A stretch of 64,000 bases of DNA from Chloroflexota bacterium (GTDB lineage Bacteria; Chloroflexota; Dehalococcoidia; Lucifugimonadales; Lucifugimonadaceae), in contig PBHC01000016.1 of NCBI GenBank assembly GCA_002719295.1, forward strand, positions 1-64,000. The letters run 5' to 3'. Position 1 is the stretch's first letter. Every line of letters starts with the position of its first letter. Under the pieces are notes generated by a model. The model did not search any database. It was not told the origin of the DNA and saw only the letters and a list, made by a program, of their open reading frames with translations. Made by a program: the position numbers and the translations under genes. Below are positions 39,857-49,654 of this stretch, piece after piece.

Positions 39857-40453
39857 TTATTCATTTAAGTTTATAAATTCTTTTTGTGTAACTTTTTTTA
39901 GAGAATTAAGTTCAGAATTATTACTTATTATTAAATAAGAAATATTATCCTTATTAAGTTTTTTGACCATCTCATTTATATCATTTTGATAATTCAATAT
40001 AGTTTCAAAATGATTTTCTGATAAATTTCTGTTTTTAAGAACTCTTATTTTGGATAATTCAACTTTTGAATCAACAATCCATATGAAATCAAATAGTTTA
40101 TGCCATCCAGCTTCTATGATTAATGCGCCTTCAAATATAATTAGTTTTGAGGTGTTCTCAATTTTATTGAAAATATATTTCTCTACTGCTGGCCAAATTA
40201 TTTCTTGTAAAATCTTAAGCTTTTCTGGATTATTAAAAACTGTTTGACCTAATTTATTCGTGTCTATTTCATCATCTTTAGATTTTACATGTGGAAATAT
40301 CTCTAAAACTTTATTTTTAATATTAGTGTCTGTTGTATAAAAGTTTTTAGCAATTTCATCTAAGTCATATGTAGTATTTCCCATTTCTTTGAGAAATTTT
40401 AATACTGTAGATTTTCCACTTCCTATATTTCCTGTTATTCCAAGTGATTTCAT
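39857..40453 (-). CDS. coaE: Dephospho-CoA kinase
   Basis: GITGNIGSGKST, D.D, I....LG..VF....L..L..I..P, E.ALIIE. Confidence 0.9.
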   Translation of the reverse strand: MKSLGITGNIGSGKSTVLKFLKEMGNTTYDLDEIAKNFYTTDTNIKNKVLEIFPHVKSKDDEIDTNKLGQTVFNNPEKLKILQEIIWPAVEKYIFNKIENTSKLIIFEGALIIEAGWHKLFDFIWIVDSKVELSKIRVLKNRNLSENHFETILNYQNDINEMVKKLNKDNISYLIISNNSELNSLKKVTQKEFINLNE

Positions 40454-40550
40454 AATTATTAAATCAGGTTTTTAATTCAACATGTGATTTTTTTTTATAT
40501 TTAATATCATAATAAAAATACCCCCAGAGGTCTGAGCAATTAAATAAGAG

Positions 40551-40575
40551 GCCCTAATTATTTAGGGCTTTTTAT
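40551..40575. terminator. Intrinsic terminator-like hairpin
   Basis: Perfect 7-bp stem GCCCTAA/TTAGGGC with a 4-nt loop, followed by TTTTTAT on +; lies directly after the stop of the minus-strand ORF at 40576. Confidence 0.7.
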
Positions 40576-40899
40576 TTAGAGACCTCTTTCCTTCAATTTA
40601 TCTTCAGTTACTACCTCATGAAATTCAATTTCATATTTGTCTATATTATCCTGTAATTCTTCAGATAATTTATTCCTGATTTTATCAGGTACATTCCCAA
40701 AAGCATTTGCTTCTAATTTTTCTTGAGTCCATTCTGCACAAACAGAATAATCCTCTGAAGGAGTCCCCCATCCAGATACGTATATTGTAGCCTCTCCTCT
40801 TCCCTTTTCTTCATATTCTGAACATATCTGCTTTAACAAACTTGCAACTTTCCATAACTTGTCTCTTGATGTAATACATTTTCTTCTTACTAAGAACAT
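40576..40899 (-). CDS. Hypothetical protein (possibly a small dimeric alpha/beta barrel)
   Basis: Start re-called to ATG at 40899 (MFLVRR) with a strong AAAGGAG RBS. Confidence 0.75.
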   Translation of the reverse strand: MFLVRRKCITSRDKLWKVASLLKQICSEYEEKGRGEATIYVSGWGTPSEDYSVCAEWTQEKLEANAFGNVPDKIRNKLSEELQDNIDKYEIEFHEVVTEDKLKERGL

Positions 40900-40931
40900 T
40901 TTGACTCCTTTCTTTGATATAAAATGACTAA

Positions 40932-41771
40932 ATGCCATTAATAATTATCATCACAGTTATAATCTCTACCTTCATACATGCTACATGGAATTTTTTAATA
41001 AAAAAATCTAACCACCCTTATGAATATGTTCAATTATTAGCAGTTATAAGTGGTATTATTTCCTTCCCTTTTGCTCTAGCTTTTATTTTTACAGATAATT
41101 TCACATTTTCTGGAATTATTCTAAGTATTTTGTCTGGATTAATTCATGTATTTTATTTTTATTTTTTAGGAACAGCTTATAAAAATGGAGATTTGTCATT
41201 TGTTTATCCTATTGCTAGAGGAACTGCTGTAGCTCTCGTTCCTGTAGCAGGATTTTTTATTATTAATGAATCCATTTCTTCAATTTCATTATTTGGTGTA
41301 TTTGTAGTTTTTATTGGAATTTTTACACTTGGAAATATAGCGCACATCCGTTCTGTGAACTTAAATGATCTTTTCTTATCACTTATTACAGGAATTACAG
41401 TAACTATGTATACCATTGTTGATAAATATGCAGTGTCTATGATAAATCCATTTTTTGTATTTTCAATTTCATCATTTTTAGGAGGATTTTTGTCTATTAC
41501 TTTATTTGATAGGCGTATAAATCATTTTTATCTAATAACTAAAAATAATCTAAGAATTGTACTAGTTATCTCTTTTTTAAGTGCCATTGCTTATCCGATG
41601 GTTCTTTATGCCTATAAATATTCTGATGTATCACTTGTTTCTCCATTAAGAGAAATTTCTACAGCAATAGCTGCAGTTATGGGGATTGTTTTATTAAAAG
41701 AAAAACTGAGTCTTTATAAAGTTCTAGGGATTTCGCTAATAGTTATTGGAGCTATATTGATTACTATATAA
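40932..41771 (+). CDS. EamA/DMT-family transporter
   Basis: HA.WN...K, AY..GDLS.VYPIARG, YT.VDK, V.PLRE, LKE. Confidence 0.9.
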   Translation: MPLIIIITVIISTFIHATWNFLIKKSNHPYEYVQLLAVISGIISFPFALAFIFTDNFTFSGIILSILSGLIHVFYFYFLGTAYKNGDLSFVYPIARGTAVALVPVAGFFIINESISSISLFGVFVVFIGIFTLGNIAHIRSVNLNDLFLSLITGITVTMYTIVDKYAVSMINPFFVFSISSFLGGFLSITLFDRRINHFYLITKNNLRIVLVISFLSAIAYPMVLYAYKYSDVSLVSPLREISTAIAAVMGIVLLKEKLSLYKVLGISLIVIGAILITI

Positions 41772-41772
41772 T

Positions 41773-42279
41773 TTATTTTTCTTCTATTTCAATAGAATTT
41801 ATCATATCTCCAGGATTAGGATCACTCATTGGATCTCTTTCCCTTATGCTTAAAACAACTTCCATACTTTTTTTATCTAAGACTTTCCCAAATACAGTGT
41901 GTGCACCATCAAGATGTGGTGTTGGAGCATGTGTAATGAAAAATTGAGACCCGTTTGTTCCTGGCCCAGCATTTGCCATAGATAATATACCTTCTGAATC
42001 ATGTTTTAATGATGAAACAAATTCATCTTCAAATTGATATCCAGGTCCTCCAGAGCCAGTCCCTGTTGGATCTCCTCCTTGAACCATAAAACCAGGTATT
42101 ACTCTATGAAAAGTTGTTTCATTGTAGTAACCAGCATTAGCAAGATTTATAAAATTTTCACATGTAATTGGTGTTTGGTCTGAGTATAAATGAATAATTA
42201 TCTCACCTTTTTCAGTTTTAATTTTTGCTTTATATGTTTTTGAAGTATCTAAGTTTCCTTTGGGAGGTTCTAAATTCAT
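41773..42279 (-). CDS. Cyclophilin-type peptidyl-prolyl isomerase
   Basis: [49 protein letters not shown]. Confidence 0.96.
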   Translation of the reverse strand: MNLEPPKGNLDTSKTYKAKIKTEKGEIIIHLYSDQTPITCENFINLANAGYYNETTFHRVIPGFMVQGGDPTGTGSGGPGYQFEDEFVSSLKHDSEGILSMANAGPGTNGSQFFITHAPTPHLDGAHTVFGKVLDKKSMEVVLSIRERDPMSDPNPGDMINSIEIEEK

Positions 42280-42511
42280 AATTATTTTTCCTATTGTTTA
42301 TCTTTCTCTATTAAATTAATCTTACCTTATTTATTGACATTTATATGTTTTAGTTATTAGATAAATTTAAGTACTTTATTAAGAGTTTTTATCAATTAGT
42401 TTAAAGATAAAATCATCACTATTGATTCTGAAGGTCTTTGTCTTGGTGTAAAGTGAGATTGTAAACTTACAAAGAAATTCAAAATTAATTTATTAGAAAT
42501 ATATTAATTTA

Positions 42512-43237
42512 ATGGCAAAAAAAAATACATACAGTTCTTATAAAGATGCAATAAAAGATTTAAAAGACAATATTAGTATCATGATAGGTGGATTTGGAGT
42601 CCAAGGAGGCCAACCAACAAATTTAATGATTGCACTTAGAGACATGAATTTAAAAAATCTCACACTCATTGGAAACGTTGCAGGAATTTCTATGATTACT
42701 GGATATGGTTGGAAAGATTCAGATAAAGATAAAATTATTGATCAAAGTATTTTTTTTGAAAAAAAACAAGTAAAAAAAATTATTTGTTCATTTCCTATAC
42801 CATCTCAACGAAATCCAGTTTCTGAAATAGAGAAAGCTTGGATAAATAACGAATCTGAAGTAGAAATTATCCCTCAGGGAACTTTAGCTGAGAAGATAAG
42901 AGCAGGAGGAGCTGGTATCCCTGCTTTCTACACAAAAACAGGAGTGGGTACAATTATTGAAAATAATAAAGAATCAAAAATTATAAATGGAGAAAAATAT
43001 TTACTAGAATATGCATTGAAAGCAGATGTTGCTTTAATAAAAGCCCATATATCTGATGAAAAAGGAAATTTAGTTTATAAAGGAACTTCAAGGGCATTCA
43101 ATCCAATTATGGCAACAGCTTCTCGATTAACTGTGGCTGAGGTAGATAAAATAATACCTTCTAAGGATATTGATCCAGAGAGAATAGGAACACCAGGAGT
43201 TTATGTAGATAGAATAGTTGCTAAAAATAATGAATAA
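42512..43237 (+). CDS. 3-oxoacid CoA-transferase subunit A
   Basis: IGGFG..G.P, PQGTLAEKIRAGGAGIPAFYT.TG.GT, D..GNL, FNP.MA. Confidence 0.92.
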   Translation: MAKKNTYSSYKDAIKDLKDNISIMIGGFGVQGGQPTNLMIALRDMNLKNLTLIGNVAGISMITGYGWKDSDKDKIIDQSIFFEKKQVKKIICSFPIPSQRNPVSEIEKAWINNESEVEIIPQGTLAEKIRAGGAGIPAFYTKTGVGTIIENNKESKIINGEKYLLEYALKADVALIKAHISDEKGNLVYKGTSRAFNPIMATASRLTVAEVDKIIPSKDIDPERIGTPGVYVDRIVAKNNE

Positions 43238-43901
43238 CCCTAAAAAATTAAATAAAGAAGATATTGCATATAGAGCATCTCTAGAATTACCTCCAGATTC
43301 ATACGTAAATTTAGGCATAGGTTTACCTTCTTTATGTTCAAAATATCTCAAAAAAGAAAATAATATTACCTTTCAAGCAGAAAATGGAATATTGGGATTT
43401 AATAAACTTTCAAAAAATAATGAACAAGATGAAAATTTTATTGATGCTGGAGGCCAATTTTTAGAACAAACTCCTGGTATATCATTTTTTGACTCTGCAG
43501 ATTCATTTGGTATGATAAGAGGCGGTCATATTGATGTAACAGTATTAGGAGGGCTTCAAGTATCTGAAAAAGGAGATCTCGCTAATTGGATGATAAAAAG
43601 CAGAGGAATAGGCTCTATAGGAGGAGCAATGGATCTGGTAACTGGTGCTAAAGAAGTAATAGTTACAATGGAACATATCACAAAAGAAAATAAATACAAA
43701 ATTCTAAAAGAATGTGACTTCCCATTAACTGGTATTAATTGTGTGAATAAAATAATAACAGATATAGCTGTTATAGAAGTCGAAAAACAAGGATTAGTTA
43801 TAACTGAAATTGCTGATGGATGGACTCTTGAACAAGTTCAATTTCTTACTGAACCTAAATTACATGTAAACAAAGGAATAGCTCGTTATATTACTAAATA
43901 A
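43230..43901 (+). CDS. 3-oxoacid CoA-transferase subunit B
   Basis: VNLGIGLP, ENG catalytic Glu, SF.MIRGGH.D..VLG.LQV...GDLANW, GGAMDL; start re-called to ATG at 43230. Confidence 0.92.
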   Translation: MNNPKKLNKEDIAYRASLELPPDSYVNLGIGLPSLCSKYLKKENNITFQAENGILGFNKLSKNNEQDENFIDAGGQFLEQTPGISFFDSADSFGMIRGGHIDVTVLGGLQVSEKGDLANWMIKSRGIGSIGGAMDLVTGAKEVIVTMEHITKENKYKILKECDFPLTGINCVNKIITDIAVIEVEKQGLVITEIADGWTLEQVQFLTEPKLHVNKGIARYITK

Positions 43902-43905
43902 TTAG

Positions 43906-44910
43906 TTATCTAACATCAACTATCAATTTTCCGAAATTTTCTCCTTCAAATAACTTCATGAAGGTTGAAGGTATATTTTCAAACCCTTTGTAAATGTCTT
44001 CTTTATATACTATATCTCCAGATTTTATCCATTTGGAAATTGATTGTATTGCTTCTAAATATTTATGTTCAAAATTAAAAACAATAAACCCTTGCATTGT
44101 TGATTGTTTGGTCAACAAAGTTCTTGCCACTCTAGGACCTTGTGGGGGAACTTTAGCATTATAGTTTGCTATTTGACCGCAAACGGCTGTTCTTGAAAAA
44201 TTAGAAATATGATTTAATACAGTGTCAGATATTTCTCCACCGACATTATCAAAATACATATCTACAAAATTTTCTCCCATTGAACCAAGTTCTTTATCAA
44301 TATCTTGTTCTTTATAATTTAAGCAGTAGTCAAAATTTAATTCGTTTTTACAGTATTCTACTTTTTCTTTTGAACCAGCAATTCCTATCACATTACAGCC
44401 CATTATTTTAGCAATTTGACCTACTATAGATCCAACTGCTCCTGATGCTGCTGAAACGACAATGGTTTCTCCTGGTTTTGGTTTGCATACTTCTAAAAAC
44501 CCTAAATATGCTGTTCTACCGGGCATTCCTAGAACACCTAAAGAATATGTGATTGGTAAGCTTTTATCTTGAATAATTTTAGAAATATTGTTTTCGTTTA
44601 ATGTTGCATATTGTTGCCAGCCGGATTTGGCATTTACCATATCGCCAACTTTAAAATTTTTAGATTTTGATTCCACAATTTTTCCAACAATTTCACCTTC
44701 CATAACACCACCAATTTCAACAGGAGATGAATAAGATGGCCCAGCATTCATTCTGCCTCTCATATAAGGATCTAGAGATAAATATTCAGCTTTAATTAAA
44801 ACATCCCCATAATCTAGAGATTCCGTCTCTGTGACATTTATTTTCAGATCTTCTTCAATATTTGGAGTTCCAGATGGCCTTTTGCTTAGGATCCATTGTT
44901 TATTTTTCAT
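43906..44910 (-). CDS. NADP-dependent oxidoreductase (PTGR/CurA family)
   Basis: YLSLDPYMRGRM, LGMPG.TAY.G, SAASGAVGS.VGQ.AK, YFDNVGG, G.NFGK. Confidence 0.92.
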   Translation of the reverse strand: MKNKQWILSKRPSGTPNIEEDLKINVTETESLDYGDVLIKAEYLSLDPYMRGRMNAGPSYSSPVEIGGVMEGEIVGKIVESKSKNFKVGDMVNAKSGWQQYATLNENNISKIIQDKSLPITYSLGVLGMPGRTAYLGFLEVCKPKPGETIVVSAASGAVGSIVGQIAKIMGCNVIGIAGSKEKVEYCKNELNFDYCLNYKEQDIDKELGSMGENFVDMYFDNVGGEISDTVLNHISNFSRTAVCGQIANYNAKVPPQGPRVARTLLTKQSTMQGFIVFNFEHKYLEAIQSISKWIKSGDIVYKEDIYKGFENIPSTFMKLFEGENFGKLIVDVR

Positions 44911-44925
44911 TAATTCCTCTTTAAT

Positions 44926-45780
44926 TTAAATATTAATTTCTAACAAATCTTCACCAACTATTATATTACCATCAAAAAAATCTGAAACACCTTGCTTCCA
45001 TATTTCATTTAAATCATATTCAGGGGAACCAGTAGGAACAAGATGGTTTAAAATTAGATTTTTTACATTAGATTTTTTTGCAACATATCCGACTTCTTCT
45101 ATAGAAGTATGCCCATTAATTATATGTTTCTTAAATGCTTCATTTCCTGGATAAGTTTTTTCTATAATTGCATCTACTCCTTCTAAATTTAGAACCTCAT
45201 GTATTAAGTATTCTGAGTTTAAAGCAAATTTAATAAGTTTTTCACTTTTTGAGGTGTCTCCTGAAAATACAACAAACTTATTTTCTAATTTGAATTTATA
45301 AGCAAAACTAGGCTTTGCTGCTGCATGAGGAACAGTAATGCATTCAACTGAAATATTTTTATCTTTATAAATATGTGAGTCTTTTTCAATTTCATTTACA
45401 TTGAAAATAGTTTCAAAATGCGGTCTGTTTTCTTCTCTTATTCTTAATTCAATGTCCCATTTCATATATTCTTTATATGAATCAATTATTGATCTTAAGG
45501 GAGTTGGTCCATAACATTGAATTTTTCCTTTATGTCCGCTTTGCCAAGTTCTTAATAATAATGTTCCAAAATCAGCTACATGATCAGAATGATTATGAGT
45601 AATAAAAATAGCTTTGATTTTTTCTGGATCTAGATTAGCATTTGCTAATTGATTACAGACACCATCACCAGTATCTATAATATAAATATCATCTTCTATA
45701 ACTAAGGCGCTTGAAGGTTGTGATCTTTGAGACCATATTCTTGGACCTCCACCTGTTCCTAATAAAACTATTTTATTCAT
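44926..45780 (-). CDS. MBL-fold metallo-hydrolase (RNase Z / arylsulfatase-like)
   Basis: LLGT.GGP, D.G.G, THNHSDH, FSGDT, HE, HT, L.HL.P. Confidence 0.85.
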   Translation of the reverse strand: MNKIVLLGTGGGPRIWSQRSQPSSALVIEDDIYIIDTGDGVCNQLANANLDPEKIKAIFITHNHSDHVADFGTLLLRTWQSGHKGKIQCYGPTPLRSIIDSYKEYMKWDIELRIREENRPHFETIFNVNEIEKDSHIYKDKNISVECITVPHAAAKPSFAYKFKLENKFVVFSGDTSKSEKLIKFALNSEYLIHEVLNLEGVDAIIEKTYPGNEAFKKHIINGHTSIEEVGYVAKKSNVKNLILNHLVPTGSPEYDLNEIWKQGVSDFFDGNIIVGEDLLEINI

Positions 45781-45912
45781 GATGTTATTCTATTTGATAA
45801 CTAAACATTTATTATCATTTATATCTTTTGAAATAACATTATTATTAATTTTATTTATTTTCATATTTACGTTATGCTAAATATAATACTAACTACAATT
45901 AGTGAGGTATGA

Positions 45913-46773
45913 TTGAAAAGCTTAATTGATTTAGAGTTAAAAAACCCAATTCTTTTATGTAGTTGGCAAGGATGGCCGGATGCTGCTGAATCTGCTACAA
46001 AATCTATAGAAGAAATTATTTCTCAATTAGAAATCATTGAATCTTATAAGATTTCTTCAGAGTCTTATTATATTTATTCAGACAAAAGACCTCATGTTTC
46101 TAACCCAAAGCCTGAAAATAGAAAAATTGATTGGCCTGAAAATAAATTCTCTTTTATCAAAACTAACGGTGAAAATGATCTTATTATTTTTGAAGGTATT
46201 GAACCAGATTTATACTGGAAAAAATACATTAAAGAATTTTTATCAGTTGTTAATTTTTTCAATGTTAATCAAGTTATAATGGTCGGGTCATTATTAGATT
46301 CAGTTCCACATACAAGAGAACCCAGAATAAGTGTTACAGCTACAAGATCCAAAAATAATAAGATTTTAAAGGGTATAAAGTTTCTTCCTCCTACATATGA
46401 AGGACCTGCAGGCATAACATCTGCTATTGGAGAAAAACTTGATGCAAAAAAGATTTCCGCTATTTCAATTTGGGGACATACTCCTCACTATTTACAAGTC
46501 ACTCATAATCCTATTTTGTCTGCTGCAATAATGAGAGAAATTGATAAAATGCTAAACCTAAATTTAGATTTTGATAAAATTTCAAAAAAATCAGAAGAAT
46601 TCAGATCTTCTTTAAATTTGGCACTTGAAGATCATAAAGAGATAACTAAATATGTTGAAAGACTTGAAGAGTCATATGACACAGAAGAAATGTCTAAAAT
46701 AGATCCAGAACCCAAGCTGATTATAAAAGATCTTGAAAATTTTTTAAAAGAATCTAGAGAAAATCAAAATTGA
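45913..46773 (+). CDS. PAC2 (proteasome assembly chaperone) family protein
   Basis: GW.DA...AT, RP, G.EP...W, G.LL..VPHTR, YEGP.GI, W...PHY, YV..LE. Confidence 0.85.
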   Translation: MKSLIDLELKNPILLCSWQGWPDAAESATKSIEEIISQLEIIESYKISSESYYIYSDKRPHVSNPKPENRKIDWPENKFSFIKTNGENDLIIFEGIEPDLYWKKYIKEFLSVVNFFNVNQVIMVGSLLDSVPHTREPRISVTATRSKNNKILKGIKFLPPTYEGPAGITSAIGEKLDAKKISAISIWGHTPHYLQVTHNPILSAAIMREIDKMLNLNLDFDKISKKSEEFRSSLNLALEDHKEITKYVERLEESYDTEEMSKIDPEPKLIIKDLENFLKESRENQN

Positions 46774-47399
46774 AATCACTAGATAAACTTTTAAGCTCAA
46801 ATTCATCTGAAATTGGTTTCTTTAGACAAAGTAATAAATCAATTGAGAAGCTAAATATTTTGGGAATTACAGAAATTCATTCTAATGAAAATAAATTTGA
46901 TTGTGATGCATACATTGTTTCAAAAAAGAAAAAAACATCTCGTAAAAGTATTGGGAAATACATTAGTTCTTCTGACACGAATGATTCAATAAAAGATTTT
47001 GATTTTATAATTTTAGAAAATACAAAAGAGACAAAAATTAATCTTCTAAGTTATGAAAAACCAATTTCCATTCAAATAGATCATACTAATCAATTAACTG
47101 AACTAAGATTAGCTACTCTAGACTCATTTGATTTTGATTTTTATGTTTACAAAATTGAAAAAGATTTCATTTTTAATTTCCAAGAATTATTAAAAATGAA
47201 AGAAATATTGAATTCTATTAGATCTAATTGGTTCATTTTCTTAGATAAAAATACTCTCTCGGAAGAAGATATACAGTATATATATGATTTAGGGTTCTTA
47301 GGATTGATTATTGATTTAGATAAAGTTAATATAAAAGATTTTAATAAAATTAAGACAAGTATAAAAAAAATAGAAGAAAAGAAAAATGGGAAAATTTGA
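46770..47399 (+). CDS. Hypothetical protein
   Basis: 209-aa ORF overlapping both neighbours in a co-oriented operon. Confidence 0.7.
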   Translation: MKSLDKLLSSNSSEIGFFRQSNKSIEKLNILGITEIHSNENKFDCDAYIVSKKKKTSRKSIGKYISSSDTNDSIKDFDFIILENTKETKINLLSYEKPISIQIDHTNQLTELRLATLDSFDFDFYVYKIEKDFIFNFQELLKMKEILNSIRSNWFIFLDKNTLSEEDIQYIYDLGFLGLIIDLDKVNIKDFNKIKTSIKKIEEKKNGKI

Positions 47400-48369
47400 C
47401 AATAAAAAAATATCAATATTTGGATTAGGAAATATAGGTTACAATATAGCTCAAAAACTTGTAGAGCAGAATAATAATGTTAGTGTTCATGGGTTTGATA
47501 TCAATAGAGAAAAATCAAGTATAGCAAATCAATCTAAGGTTATTACGAAAGAAATGAAAAGTTATATTGATTCTATTGATGACTGTGATTTATTGATTAT
47601 TTCAACTCCAACATCATCAACCTATGAGATATTTGAATCATTACAGAATGTAATAAATGAAAAGACTTTGATTTTTGACATCTGTTCTTCAAAAAGAGCA
47701 ATAAATGAGTGGTCTAATGAATTATTGCCAAATAATCAAATTATAGGCCTTTACCCTTTTATTAATCATGATTCAATCCTTAATAATAATTGGGGTGTTG
47801 TCTCATATAAAAACACAAATTCTCAAGTTACTGACTTAGCTAATACTTTTGTACAAGAAATGCAAGGATTAGTAATAAACCTTGATCTTTCTGAACACGA
47901 TAGTTTTATTGCATTGACAGAAACTATGCCTATGATTTTGACTTCAAATCTACTTAATTTATCAAATAGCTCTTCATGGAAAGAATTATACAAATATTTT
48001 AATAATGATGAATTTAAATTATTTTCAAAGCCTCTTGATAACGACCCTGTTAAAATATTTTCTTCCATATCAACTAACAATGACTTGCTACTTGAATGGA
48101 TAAAATTATACATAAATGACTTAGTTGAATTTCAGAAGCTTTTAGAAAAAAACTCAGAAGCTGAAATTGCAGAATTAGTCAAGAAGACATGGGAAGATAG
48201 ATTGAAAATAACTAATAATATAGATCCAAGCTTAGATTCAGGTGAAAATATTATCCCTTCATCTTCTGAAAATATATTATCTTTATTTATAGGATCTAGA
48301 GCAGCTAGATTTTTTACAAAATCAAAAGAGATTGATAAAGATAAATATGGATTTGAAAAAAGGATTTGA
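47386..48369 (+). CDS. Prephenate/arogenate dehydrogenase-like protein (degenerate active-site motifs)
   Basis: I.I.GLG.IG Rossmann motif, D.LII.TP, D.CSSK, EHD; directly upstream of aroA. Confidence 0.7.
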   Translation: MGKFDNKKISIFGLGNIGYNIAQKLVEQNNNVSVHGFDINREKSSIANQSKVITKEMKSYIDSIDDCDLLIISTPTSSTYEIFESLQNVINEKTLIFDICSSKRAINEWSNELLPNNQIIGLYPFINHDSILNNNWGVVSYKNTNSQVTDLANTFVQEMQGLVINLDLSEHDSFIALTETMPMILTSNLLNLSNSSSWKELYKYFNNDEFKLFSKPLDNDPVKIFSSISTNNDLLLEWIKLYINDLVEFQKLLEKNSEAEIAELVKKTWEDRLKITNNIDPSLDSGENIIPSSSENILSLFIGSRAARFFTKSKEIDKDKYGFEKRI

Positions 48370-48372
48370 TTT

Positions 48373-49653
48373 ATGGAATATTCATTATCTAGCAAAGAGT
48401 CATTAAGGGGAGATATTACTATTCCTCCAGATAAATCTTTATCACATAGAGCTGTAATGTTTAATTCTCTTGCAGATGGAAAAGCTAACATATCTAATTT
48501 TCTAATGGGTGAAGATTGCTTGTCCACTATTTCAGTTCTTAGAGATTTAGGAGTTAAAATTGAAGTTTCAGATAATAATGTTACAACTTATGGAAAAGGG
48601 ATAAATTCGTTATCAAAACCTGACAAAATATTAGATGTTGGAAATTCAGGAACAACAATAAGACTTATGTCTGGAATACTTGCAGGAAGAAATTTTGATT
48701 GTACATTAGACGGTGATTCATCAATAAGAAAACGTCCAATGAATCGAATAATCAAGCCATTGAATATGATGGGTGCTAATATTTCTGCAAATAATAATAA
48801 TGATAATGCTCCTATTCATTTCAATGGTGGGAACCTTAAAAGAATCGATTACTCTTTGCCTGTAGCAAGTGCTCAGTTAAAAAGCTCATTGATTTTAGCA
48901 GGATTAAGATCTGAAAATGGAATCAAAATAAAAGAAAAAGCTACTTCTAGAGATCATACTGAGAGGCTTTTAAGAAATATGGGAGCAGATATTATTACGA
49001 ATGGCCTTGAAATTACAGTTAATCCTTCTGAAATTGAATCAAGAGATATAATTGTTCCGGGAGATATATCAAGTGCTTCTTTTTGGCTAGTGGCAGCTTG
49101 CATACATAATGATGCAGAATTAACAATCAGAAATGTAGGTATTAATAAAACTCGATCTGGAATTATCAGTGTTTTAGAGAGAATGGGAGCTTCTATAGAA
49201 TTCTTTAATGAAAAAGATTACTCTGGAGAACCTGCATGTGATATTTTTGTTAAGACCTCTTCCTTGAAATCTACAGAAATTTCAGGTAGTGAAATACCTT
49301 TATTGATAGATGAAATTCCGATAATTGCTTTAGCTGCTGTATTTGCAGAAGGTCAAACCAAAATTATTGATGCTGAAGAACTAAGATATAAAGAATCTGA
49401 TAGGATATCTCTTACTGTAAACTGGATGAAAAAAGCTGGAGCTATTGTTGAAGAACTACAAGATGGAATGATTATAACTGGGAATCAAACCATTAATGGA
49501 GGAAATTTTTCTTCTAACGGTGATCATAGATTAGCAATGACATTAGGAATTGCAAGTTTAGTCTCTAAAAACGACATAATAGTTACAAATCCTGAAGCAT
49601 CTAATGTTTCATATCCTGGTTTTTGGGAATACTTAAACAATTTAGAGGATTGA
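48373..49653 (+). CDS. aroA: 3-phosphoshikimate 1-carboxyvinyltransferase
   Basis: P.DKS.SHRA, GNSGTT.RL, RPM.R, ASAQ.KS, RDHTER, ELR.KESDRI, DHRLAM. Confidence 0.97.
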   Translation: MEYSLSSKESLRGDITIPPDKSLSHRAVMFNSLADGKANISNFLMGEDCLSTISVLRDLGVKIEVSDNNVTTYGKGINSLSKPDKILDVGNSGTTIRLMSGILAGRNFDCTLDGDSSIRKRPMNRIIKPLNMMGANISANNNNDNAPIHFNGGNLKRIDYSLPVASAQLKSSLILAGLRSENGIKIKEKATSRDHTERLLRNMGADIITNGLEITVNPSEIESRDIIVPGDISSASFWLVAACIHNDAELTIRNVGINKTRSGIISVLERMGASIEFFNEKDYSGEPACDIFVKTSSLKSTEISGSEIPLLIDEIPIIALAAVFAEGQTKIIDAEELRYKESDRISLTVNWMKKAGAIVEELQDGMIITGNQTINGGNFSSNGDHRLAMTLGIASLVSKNDIIVTNPEASNVSYPGFWEYLNNLED

Positions 49654-49654
49654 T

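Noticed and set aside
42400..42507. Possible tiny selenoprotein frame FKDKIITIDSEGLCLGVK-TGA-DCKLTKK...
   Set aside because: It is preceded immediately by a TAG stop with no start codon or RBS, and I could not see a SECIS-like hairpin after the TGA.
6842..43901. Longest-ORF starts given for menA (7816), menB (8621), tartrate DH (27993), beta-hydroxyacid DH (28861), the 40938 ORF and CoA-transferase B (43218)
   Set aside because: Downstream ATGs fit family N-termini and/or RBS positions better and reduce overlaps, so the starts were re-called.
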